NCBI GenBank assembly: GCA_905178155.1
Contig: CAJINV010000001.1
Coordinates: forward strand, 419,643-483,642
DNA from: Amoebophrya sp. A120
Taxonomy: Eukaryota > Protista > Dinoflagellata
DNA: 64,000 nucleotides
Reading direction: 5' to 3'
Shown piece after piece: positions 45,521 to 58,309 of the stretch. A program made the position numbers and the translations under genes. The notes under the pieces are model-generated. The model was not told the DNA's origin and ran no database searches. It saw only the letters and a list, made by a program, of their open reading frames with translations. Position 1 is the first letter of the stretch; every line of letters begins with the position of its first letter.

Positions 45521-48500
45521 TCATGAAAAAGCCTCTTTCGCTTCCGGCGAGATTTTTCTTGTCGGACTTGTATCCGGCGTGTCCGGCCTTCCCGGTCCCT
45601 GCCCACCGCCGGGGGTGCTGGGTGTTCGGTTGTGGTACAGATCCGGCGTTCTCACATTATTGTTGCCTTTCGACGTCGTGCTACTTCCGTGTTGTACGGT
45701 TTGCGACCAGAAGCTGTCCGGGTCTTCCTCGGCGTTGTTCTCTAAATCCCAATCAACCACGTTTCCTATCGTCACCTCCGTTTGGTTTATCTGCTCGGAG
45801 TAGGCCATCTGGTGGGACCGGGACGACGGCGCCCAGAGATACATCATGGTGAGCAGCACCAGTAAGAATAAACAGTGCGGGATCATGTCCGTGAAAATCC
45901 TATGCAATGCAAAAATGTCTGGGTCTGGGAGATTCCGATATTTGTCATGTAGTTTTTTCAAGCTCCCCCACGTCTGGAATGCAGGGCCTAGCATCACAGG
46001 TTGTGCAGCTCCTTGGTGATGCGTATTCTGCATGAGAAATGCCCTCTCCAGCATGGCCAGAAGTGGGCACCTTTTGCACGTTCTGCATCACAGATCTTTG
46101 TAGGATCGGAAACACGCATCACAAGTTCGCATGCTTCCAGACCCAGACATATTTGCATTTGATAAATCCACAAAGACGCCCATTTCTGCCGGGACAACTG
46201 CTTCTCGATTGCGGTGGAGTAGCTGTACAGCTGGTAGAGAAACGAGATCCCGAGAATCACGACGGACAGGACCAAAACTTTCCAAAACTGCAGATACAGC
46301 TCCAATTTCGCGGACTGCTTGGTCTGCTCCAGATTGACCAGCAAGGAGGACAAAGACACAAAAATCCAGTACAGTATCCCGCCGTGCAAAAACGCGACCG
46401 GGATCAAGCAAAGCAGCACGAAGGAGAGCGGTAACACCATCGAGTGTCTAACCGACAAAACAACTTCCCTAACCCCGTCGAGCAACAGGTACAAAAACGT
46501 CAGCAGTTGTATTCGGAAGATGGTGTTCCTCGGCAGCGTTGGCTGCGTCACGCCCCAGCCCAGACTGGCGAGGAGCACGAGAACCTGGGAGAAGATGTTC
46601 TTTGCCACCGTCGCGAGGATGCAGGTGATGAAGAGCACGTAGGGGCGGATTCCCGACTCGTTCCATTCGCTGTAAAAGATGTACCACAGACTGCACTCCA
46701 CCAACCCGGAGAGGATCACGCCGCCGATGCAATATGCATTCCAAAATGTCTGGGTCTGGAAGCTTTCCAGGTTTCTCATGCATATTTTGCATGACTCAGG
46801 ATGTCTGTAAAAATGCATGATCTAGCATTACATATTTTTAGAGGCCTTCCTGATGCCTATCCCGCATGACAAATGCCCTCCGCGCGTAGCACAAACTGGG
46901 CTCCTCTTCTTGCTGGTCATGCAATACAGATTTTTTTAGCATCCAAAGTTAGCATGACAAGTTGCAACCTTCCAGATCTTCCAGACATTTTTGCAATCCA
47001 TATGCAACCGTGGATGGCGAAAAGTTGCTTCCACCAGAAGAGGCAGCGGAACAACCAGTAGAGCACGAGATATTGAAGCGTCAGGATTGAAATCGACCAA
47101 GACAAAGTTGCAATAATTTATCATGCATAAATTGCAAGGCATGGAGTGCCTCTCTTGCAGGGATGTCAAGCGATGCCGACTGTCAGCCTGTTTGGGGTCT
47201 GCGATAGAGCTGCTAAAGTAGCATGACAAAAGACGCCTTCTGTCCCTGAACAGCATGACAAACTGGATGTAGACGGTGTCGAAATTTGTCATGCACTGCT
47301 TGGAAATTGGGCTTCCAGCTGGTATCGATTTTATGCATTACAAGTTGTTTTACCTTTGTCGATTTCAATCCTGACACTCCCATACAAGAACCACGTAGGT
47401 CAATGTCAGCCAACCGTACAGAGGCCACTTGTGGTAGCTGTGATTTTTATTTCATTGTGAACCATACATGGGTACAATTTTTGCATCGGCTGTACTGGTG
47501 GATCACCTCTTCACAGGCATCTAATACTAATCAACTTCAACGTCAGGATCAGGAGGAAAAATCGCAATAGCAGTACTCGACGCCCGGAAGGTATCCGAAG
47601 GGGTTGCGAACGACAATATTGCCCGAAATCTTGATCTTCTCTTCCTTCCCACAATTGCTGTAGATCAGCAGGTATACACCTGAGAATTTTTTATTCGATT
47701 CTGGTTCAGCGATGCAGCAGTTGTTCGAGATACTGTTCATCCTCAACCTCATGCTCATCGTGGAGGCCACTACAAAATAATTTTGTAGTGGCCTCAACTT
47801 TAAATTGAGAACCAAGTGGCTGATCAGAACGATGGCAACACTACATCATACCGCTCTGCGTCATGTTTCGTCTGATGTCCTGCGGAGGTTGCAACGTCGG
47901 GGAGACAACATCAATCGATAGCGCGGTTGGCGGCCTCGTTTTGCCCAGCGGCATGTATCCTGTGGAAAAACGTCCCCACCCCATAAGTAACCAAGATGGG
48001 AAATCTGCTACACAAATCCACAAGTTTTGGCTGTCGAGCATGACAAGATCTGGGACAAATTGACTACACTACTATCTTATCCATATCCTGATTCTAGCAT
48101 GACAAAATCCGAGATAGCATCAGAACATGGCTCTCATGTTGGGGCTGCGCATGAGAGACATTTTAGGCTTGCGGATTTGCATGACAACTATGGGGCGGAG
48201 ACGTTTTTACTCAGAATAGCAGGTTTTGGTATTTCAACTTATCCTCCTTGCAGTTCTCATCGTTGGGAAAGCAGCAAAAGTCGGTCTTGTTATCAAGTGC
48301 AAATATGTCGGGGTCTGGAAGATTGCTGAGGTTTGTGATGCTGTGTCTGCTTGACACAGAAGGTGTGCCATGCAAGGACTAGCATCACAGGTTTTGAGAC
48401 GGTCTCCCAATGCCTAATTCGCATGACAAACGCCTTCTTTCGGCGACAGGAAAAGGAGCTGAGCTCCCTTTGCTGTCCAAGCATGACAGATTTTTGTGTG

Positions 48501-49023
48501 GTCTAAGTATGCATCACAAGTTCGCAGCCTTCCAGACCCAGACACTTTTGCATTCGATACTTGTCCACATGGTGCAAAAAGTCACGATACGTGATCAGCG
48601 TTAGCTGCACACCCTTGTAATGCTCCAATTCCTGATAGAGTGTAAGGTGATTTTTCAAGTAGATATTACATTGCTGCTAAGTAATAGCTAATAGCCAGTA
48701 GCAAGCTGGTACATCACCTGCCCGACCTTTCTGTATGTAGGAAACAAAAAAGCCGGATGTTGCGCATGCGGATAATGGTGCACAATCAGGAGGCTCAATA
48801 CTGGTTTCGACTCCGTTCTTCTGAGCTCGTGAAAAATGACGAAGGCCTTCGACTGCGGACGTATTTTCGCAGGCGCGTCTTGCTCCGAAAAAACGTAAAA
48901 CGCTTGCAGCACGTGGAGCGATCGCGCACTGGGTACGGCTGCATTCTCGAAGGGATAGATCTGCGCGTGGGTCAAGGGTAGAAGGCTGAGGAGCGACGTC
49001 AAAAGCGACGTCAAAGTGACCAT
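45521..49023 (-). CDS. Lung seven-transmembrane receptor (GOST; TMEM87/GPR107/PTM1-like) protein
   Basis: Signal peptide MVTLTSLLTSLLSLLPLTHA; GVYLLIYSNC, RNPFGYLPG, WKQLFAIHGCIGGVILSGLVEC, LLASLGWGVTQP, WIFVSLS..LEQTKQSAKLELY, MYLWAPS. GT-AG introns 48632-48801, 47680-47851, 47438-47576, plus five introners. Confidence 0.88.
45901..46164. mobile_element. Introner family B
   Basis: TSD AATCC; removal gives SLWI|FTDM. Confidence 0.93.
46733..47002. mobile_element. Introner family B
   Basis: TSD TGCAA; removal gives HGC|IGGV. Confidence 0.93.
47071..47384. mobile_element. Introner family F (TIR TATNGNAGYGTCAGGATTGAAATCGAC)
   Basis: TSD CGAGA/CAAGA; removal gives YVVL|VLYWL. Confidence 0.92.
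47956..48218. mobile_element. Introner family D
   Basis: TSD GCATG/GCAGG; frame restored (YQNL|PLGK). Confidence 0.9.
48291..48559. mobile_element. Introner family B
   Basis: TSD CTTGT; removal gives HVDK|TDFCC. Confidence 0.93.
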
Positions 49024-52000
49024 CCTCAACACCGTCGCGAAACAAGCATTCGGTGACCTTCGTCGATCCGACAACATTAATGACCTGTTGCCAGCGGCTC
49101 CCGGCCGCGCTAGGAAGGGCATCAGGCCCTGCTTAGCTCGCGGAAGGAAGAACAACTCCTCGCTTTGCAATTGGAGGTACAACGAACTCGAGATCTACTT
49201 TATTCCCAGAGACGAGGAACTACCTTTTCTCGGCTTACACGGACGAGACCAGAAGAGGAACTGAATCCATAGTACAGAACGACGTCAGCAGGGATAAGAT
49301 CACAACACCAACTTACCACCAAAATCCAAAAAAAGTTGCCAAGTGGTAGACCACAAATGGAGCGCCGGCGAAGGCGATTCGGCAAGGGATGATCGGTATT
49401 CGTGTGTTCATATAATCCACGACCTGGGAGGTGGGATCGCTTGTTCTTTTCCTATGATCTTCGCTTTCATGACCACAACAAAACCGAACAAGCATCTCGG
49501 ATTGGTTCATCTCTGATGTTTGCACATCCACACCCCGGATGATGGCAGCAGAGGACCGTCAAATTATCGCTCTGCTTTTTACATCTTTTTTCCGCATAAA
49601 TTTACATGTGAAAATGCAAATTTGACAAAATGAAGTTCGTCAAAAACACTGGGCCGTGCTTCTCATTTATATCGTTCGATGTTGCCGCTAACGCAGCTGA
49701 TAAAATAAGTGTAAAAGTGTTCATTGAATGTGTCTCAAAAAAAACTTGAACTTCTCAAAGTTGTAAAAAGAAATCAATTTTGTTCATCCGAGCAGTTCTC
49801 TTTCTCTACTTAACTTGCAGTTCCCAAGTGGACAGCGTAATCAAAGTCAAAGCGTCAGTTCAGTTGTCAAGTGCTACGTAAAATTGTTGTACCCCATTTT
49901 TTTCCGGTCTTTAATCGACCAAAACATACACTAGATCTGCTATAGAATAGAAAAAAGAATGAGTTCGCGAATGATTGCGCAGGTGATGGCAGACCTACAA
50001 CAAAATTTCAATTTTTTGGCTAGCTAGAGAATCGAGGTGGCTAGGAGTAAAGTCAAGTAACCTCTACTGTGCTGCACCTCCGCGAGGGCAGCGATCCTCG
50101 TAACTGAGCCCCAGGCGGTAAAAGTCAAAATGTGCCCCTCTCGGATAACTTTAACTACTTGGGCCTAAAAAATTCCGTTGATACGATGTCGCAACTGCCT
50201 AAATAAAGAAACTAATTGCGGGGTTCTTTTTTTGTCAAAACGTGCGGTAGCCGCTCCAATTGGCAAAAAACCTTGACCCCGTCAAGCGCAATATATAAAA
50301 AGCGAGTATGTCATACTATTTTGATTGCAGCAAAAAAAGTAGAAGAAAGCATGCTGATGCGACGTAGCAGGGAGTGTTGATTTGCCAACACCTAACCTAC
50401 TTCCCGGTTTTTTCACTCCGTGACGGAAGTGTCTAGATGTCCTTTTTGGCAGGATATCGCAAACTTTTTATCGTCAACGCAGTCGCATCATATAATTTCT
50501 GGGCGCGGCTTTCATGTACAACACAAACATCTGCAACTTCAATTCTTCTTAACGACCTCCTTCTGCAATGGTAACAACGATATCGTTGCGGTCGTGCAGC
50601 CGAGTCTTCAATAGTTCGTTGTATATGGCAAAATCCACCAACGTCAAGAACTTTATGCGACCACAGTGAGGAGACGGAGTCAGAGATTCCTTAGCTCGGC
50701 ACTGCGTCAAAAATGTAATAGCAAATCGGAGAAACTACTTGTAGGTATTCATAAATGCTATCGATAAAGACCAGCGTCTTGCGGCACCAATTCTAGTACA
50801 ATACTCACGCTAGTATCATCCCCTTACGCAAGCTCACCCCCCGCTTGGTGCACTTCGGTCTGAATCGCCAGAAATCAAAATCGATTTCCTGTACCGGCAC
50901 TAAAAAAACTCCTGTTGGGAAGATATTAATCGCTACACAATCAGGAAGCCTATCGCAGTCCTCACGGTGACATGCCAATGCCATCAACAGAAAACCTATA
51001 GAAGTACTTTGTAAAAAAACTTATTTCCTATGCATACTACTTACAAGACAGACTTTCGAATTTACCTGTATCTGCTGGGCGTCCAGGAGCACAAGCACAA
51101 CGACAAGAATTGCAAGTCGTCGATTGATCACAGGTGTTAAAATACTGTAAGACCCTACGCATGCCCGATATAATCTGGTAATATCTGGGTCTTCTTCTGG
51201 ATTTCTCTCCGCCGCACGGCGCAGACGTCGAAGAAGTAAGGACTTTAAATCATTAACAGTAAATCAGAGTTTGAAGCCATCATGAAAAAAAGTTATTTTA
51301 TGCATGTCCAGAGCCTTGCGAAACGTGTTCTCCCGTCCGTAAAGAACATCCTTAGCTGTAGAGCGACCGCACATCAAGAAACCAAAAACAGCTCAAGAAC
51401 ATAAAATTCTAGTGATTTGGACGCTAGTACAACTACGCACTTTGCGTTCAATACCTGCGATCTGTACCAGCAGCAGGAGCAGCTATGGCTGACCGAAGAC
51501 GAAAGGTATAGTACAATCGTTGACGCAATCGTGACAGAAGTGGCCTTGATTAGAGGCGAATAATTTAGAAATAGACACAATGTAGTCTTCATTGACGACG
51601 GGCAAGAACGTACAAAAATTTTCTCTACAACACAACCGAAGCGTGCGGTCCGGAATGTAGCAAAAACAAAGAACCGATAGTACTTTTACAACAAGAAGCG
51701 CGATTTCATGATATTTTTGACAGTAGCTTTTTGTGATTTTTATTTTTTTAACCTGATAATCAATGCAGCTGAATCCATTGAAATATTGACTTTGACTTGA
51801 TACAAGATCTGCATAATATTGAAAGGACACATGACAGAGCAATTTTTGTTTTTCCCGACGCTGAGTCTAGAACGGAGAAGACGAAGACGACAACCACATT
51901 CCCAGCCCGTTTACACACGCACAACCGCAACTTCCTCCACCCGCTGGCTCCCACCTGATTTGTACGCGTGTTGCTTTTTGTATTCACAATACCACAGACG

Positions 52001-52897
52001 AGCGAATAGTGTCGTGCTTCTGCTACAACAAGGTCGCTACATGTACTAGTACGTACATCACATAGCAAGAACTAGGGCCTCTATACTAATCTTTTCGACA
52101 ATTATGGGGAAGAGAGCCACACCGAATTTCTTTTTGGGTACTACAGCAGCACCGAGGTGGGAGGACGGACGACACACGATCGAGGGGCCGGCGGGGATGA
52201 GAATGATACTATGCTGGGGTACTAAAGATTTATTTCCTACAACTTCTCGCAAATAACACGACCTGATGAAGCTTCTCACAGACGTCCACACCAGCGACAT
52301 TTTTATTGACTCGACGACACTCGAAGTCTCCAACTTCCGGCTCAAGGATTTAATCTCATCAACAGTTCATGTTCCCGTTCTCATCTTCTTCATCCGGTTT
52401 TGCTTTTCATAAAATTATTGTTCTCCTAGAAAATTGGGAGCACTTTAATCTTCGATAGATTCTCATGGAGGTCCTTGTATCGAAAACGAGCAAAGTTCTT
52501 TCTCTGTTACGCAAATTAATAACGTGTTGGAAAAAGCAAATAGTTGAAATTCGAATCTACGCTGTTCATACTCCGGTCGTCTCGTCTTGCTTGTATCTAT
52601 TAGCTACTAAACAAAGTAACCGTGCGCCGTCTTGCCGACGGTGATAGTTCGTGATGCGTATGAAGATTTCCCTTTGGTGATGAAGTCTGTATTCCTGAAA
52701 AAACTGCTATCGCATTTTTCAAGTGTGCTGACAGACACATGCTGCCAGATTCTCAGGTGCGAGTGCGACCCGATCACGATCGCTATGTGGCATCTCAACA
52801 ATCTTTCGTACACATATTGACCTTTCGATACTGTTGCATGATACGCCCTTGCTGGTACAGCGAAAAAATACAACTCAAAGAAAGCTCTGATGTCATG

Positions 52898-53220
52898 TAT
52901 GAAAAGGAAAAACCCCCCCTCCCCATATCAAAAAGGAAATCTGTGATCCTGGATTTGCGTACACAGTTCAGATTTGTATTGCAGGAAGGTATTGCGGCCA
53001 GATCCCCAGGCTAGGTAGGGGCGTATGGGTCTAGTTGCTCAGCATTGCAAACGGCTGACCTTTAGGCCCAACAGCATGGCAAATCGCTTCCATAATGGGC
53101 CGGAAGCTTCTGCCCTTGTCTTCTTGCAAGAGAAATGTGATTTGTGACCTCAAATCAGCAAAACAAATTTTCGGAAAGATACCTTTTCGATATGGGGAGG
53201 GGGGATTTTTCCTCTCAATA
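52898..53220. mobile_element. Family A element in a gene-poor region
   Basis: Family A TIRs; TSD TCATG (52893-97 and 53221-25); no convincing host gene. Confidence 0.92.
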
Positions 53221-55758
53221 TCATGGTCGATTTGATTCCTACATCTCGGACAGTGAATCAAGAAAATACGTATCGCTATCGCTTTGTTTGCTCCTTTGGT
53301 GATCTGTCCGACGAAACAAAATACGGTCAGCGACCCTTTAATAAGGTCTTCCCTTATGTGAGATATCGCTTCTCCTACTCTAGACTTAGAGCACGAGTGG
53401 TAACATTCATCCAAGGGATTAAGTTCGTGGCCGCGAGGCCAGGGAGCAAGCCTAGTGAATCAAAATTTTGACGCACTTACTGCTGTTGCCGGCATTTCGT
53501 CCTCATATTGTTCTGGGGTGTACTTATCTATCTCTGTAATTATTTCGTACAAGGTAAATACTAGCCATACTTTTCTGCTTCGTGAAAAACTGATTCAGCG
53601 TTCTTTTTTCGAGACCAATAGAAACGTAGGTCTAGTCACGTTCTGACTTCAAGTTCAGATACCATTTTGTGCCGCAAAAGTCGAAACCTTTGCCACACGC
53701 AATCTTGTCGACCTCGGGGTCGGCCCTCCGAGGACAGGCCTCCGCAGAGAGTTTTCTCGTCGCAAAAGCGCGACTACACTGTAAGCATAAAAATAAACTG
53801 AAATCCATTCCTGAATACCTGCGTAGCTTTGTTTTGCTTTTCATTCTTGTGTTAGGAAAAATAAAAATTGAAGTTCGTTGTGGCTTCGAGAAGGAAAATA
53901 AAAGAGCTGCAACGTATATTTTATGATATGACCACGAAGTTGTTTTCAGGTGCGAATTTTTTATCCCTAGATTCAGCACCAAAATCTTTATCTTTTGTTT
54001 CCATAAAATCGACTTTTCTACAATTATATTTCCGCTGGTGTATTGAAACTGACCCCTTCGCTGCCACGAAAACAAATGTCCGAAAACAGCGGGAGATGCA
54101 ACGTCAACTGATGTTGACAGTGGGGTAAAAATAAATATTAGGGCTAGGTATCGACTAAAGAGATTGGGACTTGGTGTGCTACCTCAAATGCACTTCCGAA
54201 CCGGTGCCAGCGCTTCTAGATCTGGCGTCATACAACGAAACCATCCATAATACATCAAGCGGTGGATGGTGTTTGCAGAAGCTGCTCGCGCTCATGCGTC
54301 TAGCTTTTCAACGACTAGCAAAAAAAAGAACTGAAAAAATCACACTCCGACATCACAGAGGACGTCAGAAGTGAATCTTACTTTGAGGGTGTGCTGTCAT
54401 TTGTATGTTCCTAAAAAAAAATGAAAATGCCGAGCCCGAGTCAGCGTAAAATCATTCGGGAAGATGAAGATGATGCATTTTTTCCAGAAATAGTGCCTAT
54501 GTGCCGATGAAATCAGGATAGCATATCAACTCTTGTTACATGCCCACTAGCAGAAAAAGTCATGTCAATATTTATTTTAGCAGAAAAGGTTTCATTATCG
54601 TTGAAGCAGAATGTAGTAAGCAGAATTGAAAGACAAGAGAATAAAGCAGGAGTTGCAACGAAATATCAATTTAGGTCTTGTGAAAGCATAAATTTCTCGA
54701 ACGCACGACCTGGTGCTAGATTGTGTACTCACTCTGGCCGGTGTACGTGTACGTACTTCTGGCAAATCGATATCAGCGGTCGCCTCAGCAATTGCACTTT
54801 TGCAAGAGCGATCCTGCGGCTGGTGTAAGTATGTCTGTAGTACAAAAAACCCAAGCAAAACTATCGAGAGATTATTTAATTTTTTTTCGTGAATCATCTT
54901 CAAAAAAGGTTGTAAAAATTTGAAAAAAAAAACAAACGAAACCCAAAAAGAAATCAAGTTTCTTAGTATGTTGGTTTTAGAAACTGCTCGATGGTCACTT
55001 TACTCGAAACTGGAAGTCAAGCCGGGAAGTACAGAGGGCAAGCTTCATTTCCGATGTATTTCTTACTGACGTATCATCATAGGATCCTGTTTGCTACTAC
55101 AGTCGTCTCACTCCATCGCTGCACTTCCAGTATTTGACTCCGCATGATAGGCTCCTGCTCACGACAAGCTAAGTTACTAACTGTCATTTCATCTCGCAAG
55201 GTTTTTTTTTTGTGCCGGGGCCTCCTGATACTGTTTCTCATTATGACAGCTTCTGTGGAGCTTTTGTCCTCTATCACTTCTCGCGCTCCCCTCGTGCCGC
55301 AGCTACAAGTGTAGTCCTATCTTCCGGGGGTAGTAAGTACTCATGATCAGATCTCATCTATCATGCCCACGAGAGGAAGAAAAAAATCGAGGGGTCCTCT
55401 GCCTTGGCAACTATAGTACCATTTGCAATACCTGAAGGTGGGGAAAGAATCCTTATTTCGTGCTAGAGAAGTAGGTAACATGCAAGAAATCAGTGCTGGA
55501 AATGGAGGTTGTGTCTGTCTACTTGCAGCTCAGATCTAAAAATTCATCAGCAACATGGTACACAAAAATCACAAAATTCGTATATTACCTTCGGCTCTCT
55601 TCGCCTCTTCCAGTTTCTGTAATTCGCGAGCCACTTCCTTGGCTCGGGTGGTGATCTTTATCAGATTCTCCCGTGTCAAAGGATACGCTTGCTGTGAATG
55701 ATTTTTCGATTTCAAATAATTTGTTTTTTTCCTCAATTGATCGCTTCTTCTATTATTT

Positions 55759-57621
55759 TCATGCATATGCATTCTGTAAGTATTCATCCAAAACCAGATC
55801 ACTCACGAGCTTCGAAAATAAAGGGTGAGAATCCATGACAAGCAACCACTCGTCAAGAACATGGACCTCTGTATTGAAACAGTACCCATTCACTCTTGCT
55901 ACTCCACCCGAATACGAGCGGCAGGAAGAAGGGATTTTGGATTCGGTTGGTATCCCTTCGCAGAAACCGTGCAACGTTCTCCTCAAGACCCTGCTTTCCG
56001 GCGGCGCAGATCTCCAAAATCTTCGAGGTTGCATACCTGAATGTAGGTGCGGGAAGAAGTGATCGGATTTAGCACCACTGGATAAAGTCCAAAAATACCA
56101 TTTTGTGTCGACCGGCATTTTCTTCAGCCTCCGCCTGTCACAAGAACGATCACGTAGGTATCATAATGAACAAAGATAACAGTTTCAACACGAACACAAA
56201 AAAAAGTTCTAGTACTTGGGCAGTTTGGTGTCATGAAACTCCTTCGCGAACCGCTCCATGTGCTTGGGCGCCAGAAAATTGAGGAACGCGTAGCCCATGT
56301 TCACCTTGTTAGCGAAGTTATGAGAGTGCACAACTCCCCCTCGTTCTCATTTGTCATGCAAAATCCCAAATCCAGTCGCTGCCTTGTAGCATTATTGTGC
56401 ATGACAGATTCCGGAAGCCCAAACAGTACTATAATACGTGCGTGAGTCTTGTCATGCACAGGCTCCACGCGTGCGGGTGCTTGTAATATTGTTGTTCATG
56501 CAATACAAATGAGGGGAAGTGGAAATTGTGCACTGTCATAGAAGTCGATCGGGAGGTAGAAGTAATTGTACGTCTTGTAGAACCCGCGGGAGTCGATTTC
56601 TTGCAACACGTCTTCGGTGGTGTAGCGGTTGGGGATGTTCCGGATCATCACCGTGGTCACCTTCGAGTCCTTCGCCCAGGCGGTGTCGCGATCAATGGTC
56701 GCCAGCCGCTGCGGGCAGTACCGCAGCGTGTCCTGCAACTCCCGGGCGGGGCACTTGTTCGCCGCGAGCGGGCCCTGGTCGTTCAGCACCGGGTCAAAGT
56801 CGTCACAGCCGCCCTGATGCGCCTCCGCAAGCTGCTGTTGCTGCAGCTCCATGCCCATCTGGCCAACGCGACCGACTAGATTGATGCCGCTATAGATTGC
56901 AAATATATCTGGGTCTGCGAGATTGCGAGACATGTCATGCTAGTCTGGCATAACTCTGGGATCTGTATTGCGTGGCAACCAAGAGCTCCTCTTGACTGTC
57001 ATGCAAACACGCAGTTTCTCATGCGGAATACGCAACACAGAAGCATGACAAAACTTGTCATGCTTGACGGCGCATTACAGTGTGGTTATTATTCAGTGAC
57101 CTGCATCACAACTTTCCAGCCCCAGACATATTCGCATTTAATAGCCGCAACCGGACCGCAATTCCGACACCGTGGTCACGATGCCACCTGAGAAGATCAT
57201 AGTAAGACTGCGCTTGTACTAGTCTTTTTTTCGATGGAGAATGAATGAAAAACAAAATGAAACCTGCTTTATTGCATGATCACAAAATAAATAATTTCAA
57301 CAAACACAACCCAAGAACCGCATCCTTACCTTTCGTCTCCCCCGGCGCCCGCTGTTCGCCACCGATGAGGCGAGTGTACCACCGCCCTGCGGCAGAGATC
57401 AAACCGCCCTTCATGAGGCTCGACCCGGCACCTTCTTCCCGGTAGTCAGGACTGTTCCCCGGAGACGGGATTGACGTCGCCACCGGACTGGTCAGGTCGC
57501 CTGGGGTACGCTTATCGTTCGTGTGAGCCTTGTTGTACAGGATGTGTGGCGGTGTGGACCTGGGAAGGTGGTTCAGAGCAGTTCTTTTCGTTATAATACT
57601 CCCTGTTCGTGCAGAGCGCAT
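55759..57621 (-). CDS. Mei2-like RNA-binding protein (RRM_2 / Mei2 RRM3 domain)
   Basis: TTVMIRNIPNRYT...YNYFYLPIDF|ANKVNMGYAFLNF...K|YATSKILEICAAGKQGLEENV...PLVF. GT-AG introns 57188-57329 and 56037-56215, plus two introners. Stop is either 55853 or, with one more intron, 55759. Confidence 0.88.
56319..56540. mobile_element. Introner family J (TIR TATGANAGTGCACAAYT...CTCATTTGT)
   Basis: TSD GAAGT; splits LPIDF|ANK within the RRM. Confidence 0.93.
56891..57143. mobile_element. Introner family B
   Basis: TSD GCCGC; removal gives SGCG|INLV. Confidence 0.9.
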
Positions 57622-58309
57622 CTCCAAATAAACACGAAAACCAAATAAAGGGACAAAACATCAAGAAACAACTAACAACTCACAAAATGAAGCAACTTCG
57701 GGCAGACAAAAAAACGCGAGGCCAAGAAAGAACCAACTCTGGGGTCTTCTTCTCACATCGCCGTGCTCTTCGCTCACTCCTTCGCTTTATTGCTCAGAGT
57801 CTGCTCGGTCGTGTGGGCTACTTATATATATTTCCTTAGTTGTAAGTATGCGGGTACTTAAATTGAATTTTCAGATCTTCGCGTTATTCGCGTTGCGTCC
57901 TACTACAGTATGGTGGTTTTTATGACATTTGAAATTTTTGGGTCTTCGAGTTGGAAGTGAGGAAATAAAGATCTGCACGTTTACGAAACGTAGAATCCAC
58001 CCCTCGCCAACGCAACAAATCACCACGAAGATTTTTCGTGAAACCACACAAGACGGACGCCGGCACAGCAGTAGAAACCGTCAGTGACGCACAGACAGAA
58101 GCGACGCAGAAGCCGAGGAAGCGGAAGTAGATGCGGTGTAGTTTATTGTCTTGCTCCTCGATACCGATAGGGCAGCATGTTGACCATATGCGAAAGACTC
58201 TGCTACCGCTTGTTGATCTTCTGCTTGAAGAGGTTGTACACGACGTGTTCATCATGAAAGAAGAAGAAGAAGAAGTACACTAGCAGCTGATGAACCTTTA
58301 AGTTTATTA

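Noticed and set aside
58257-58275. (GAA)n microsatellite
   Set aside because: Short simple repeat in a 3' flank; unremarkable.
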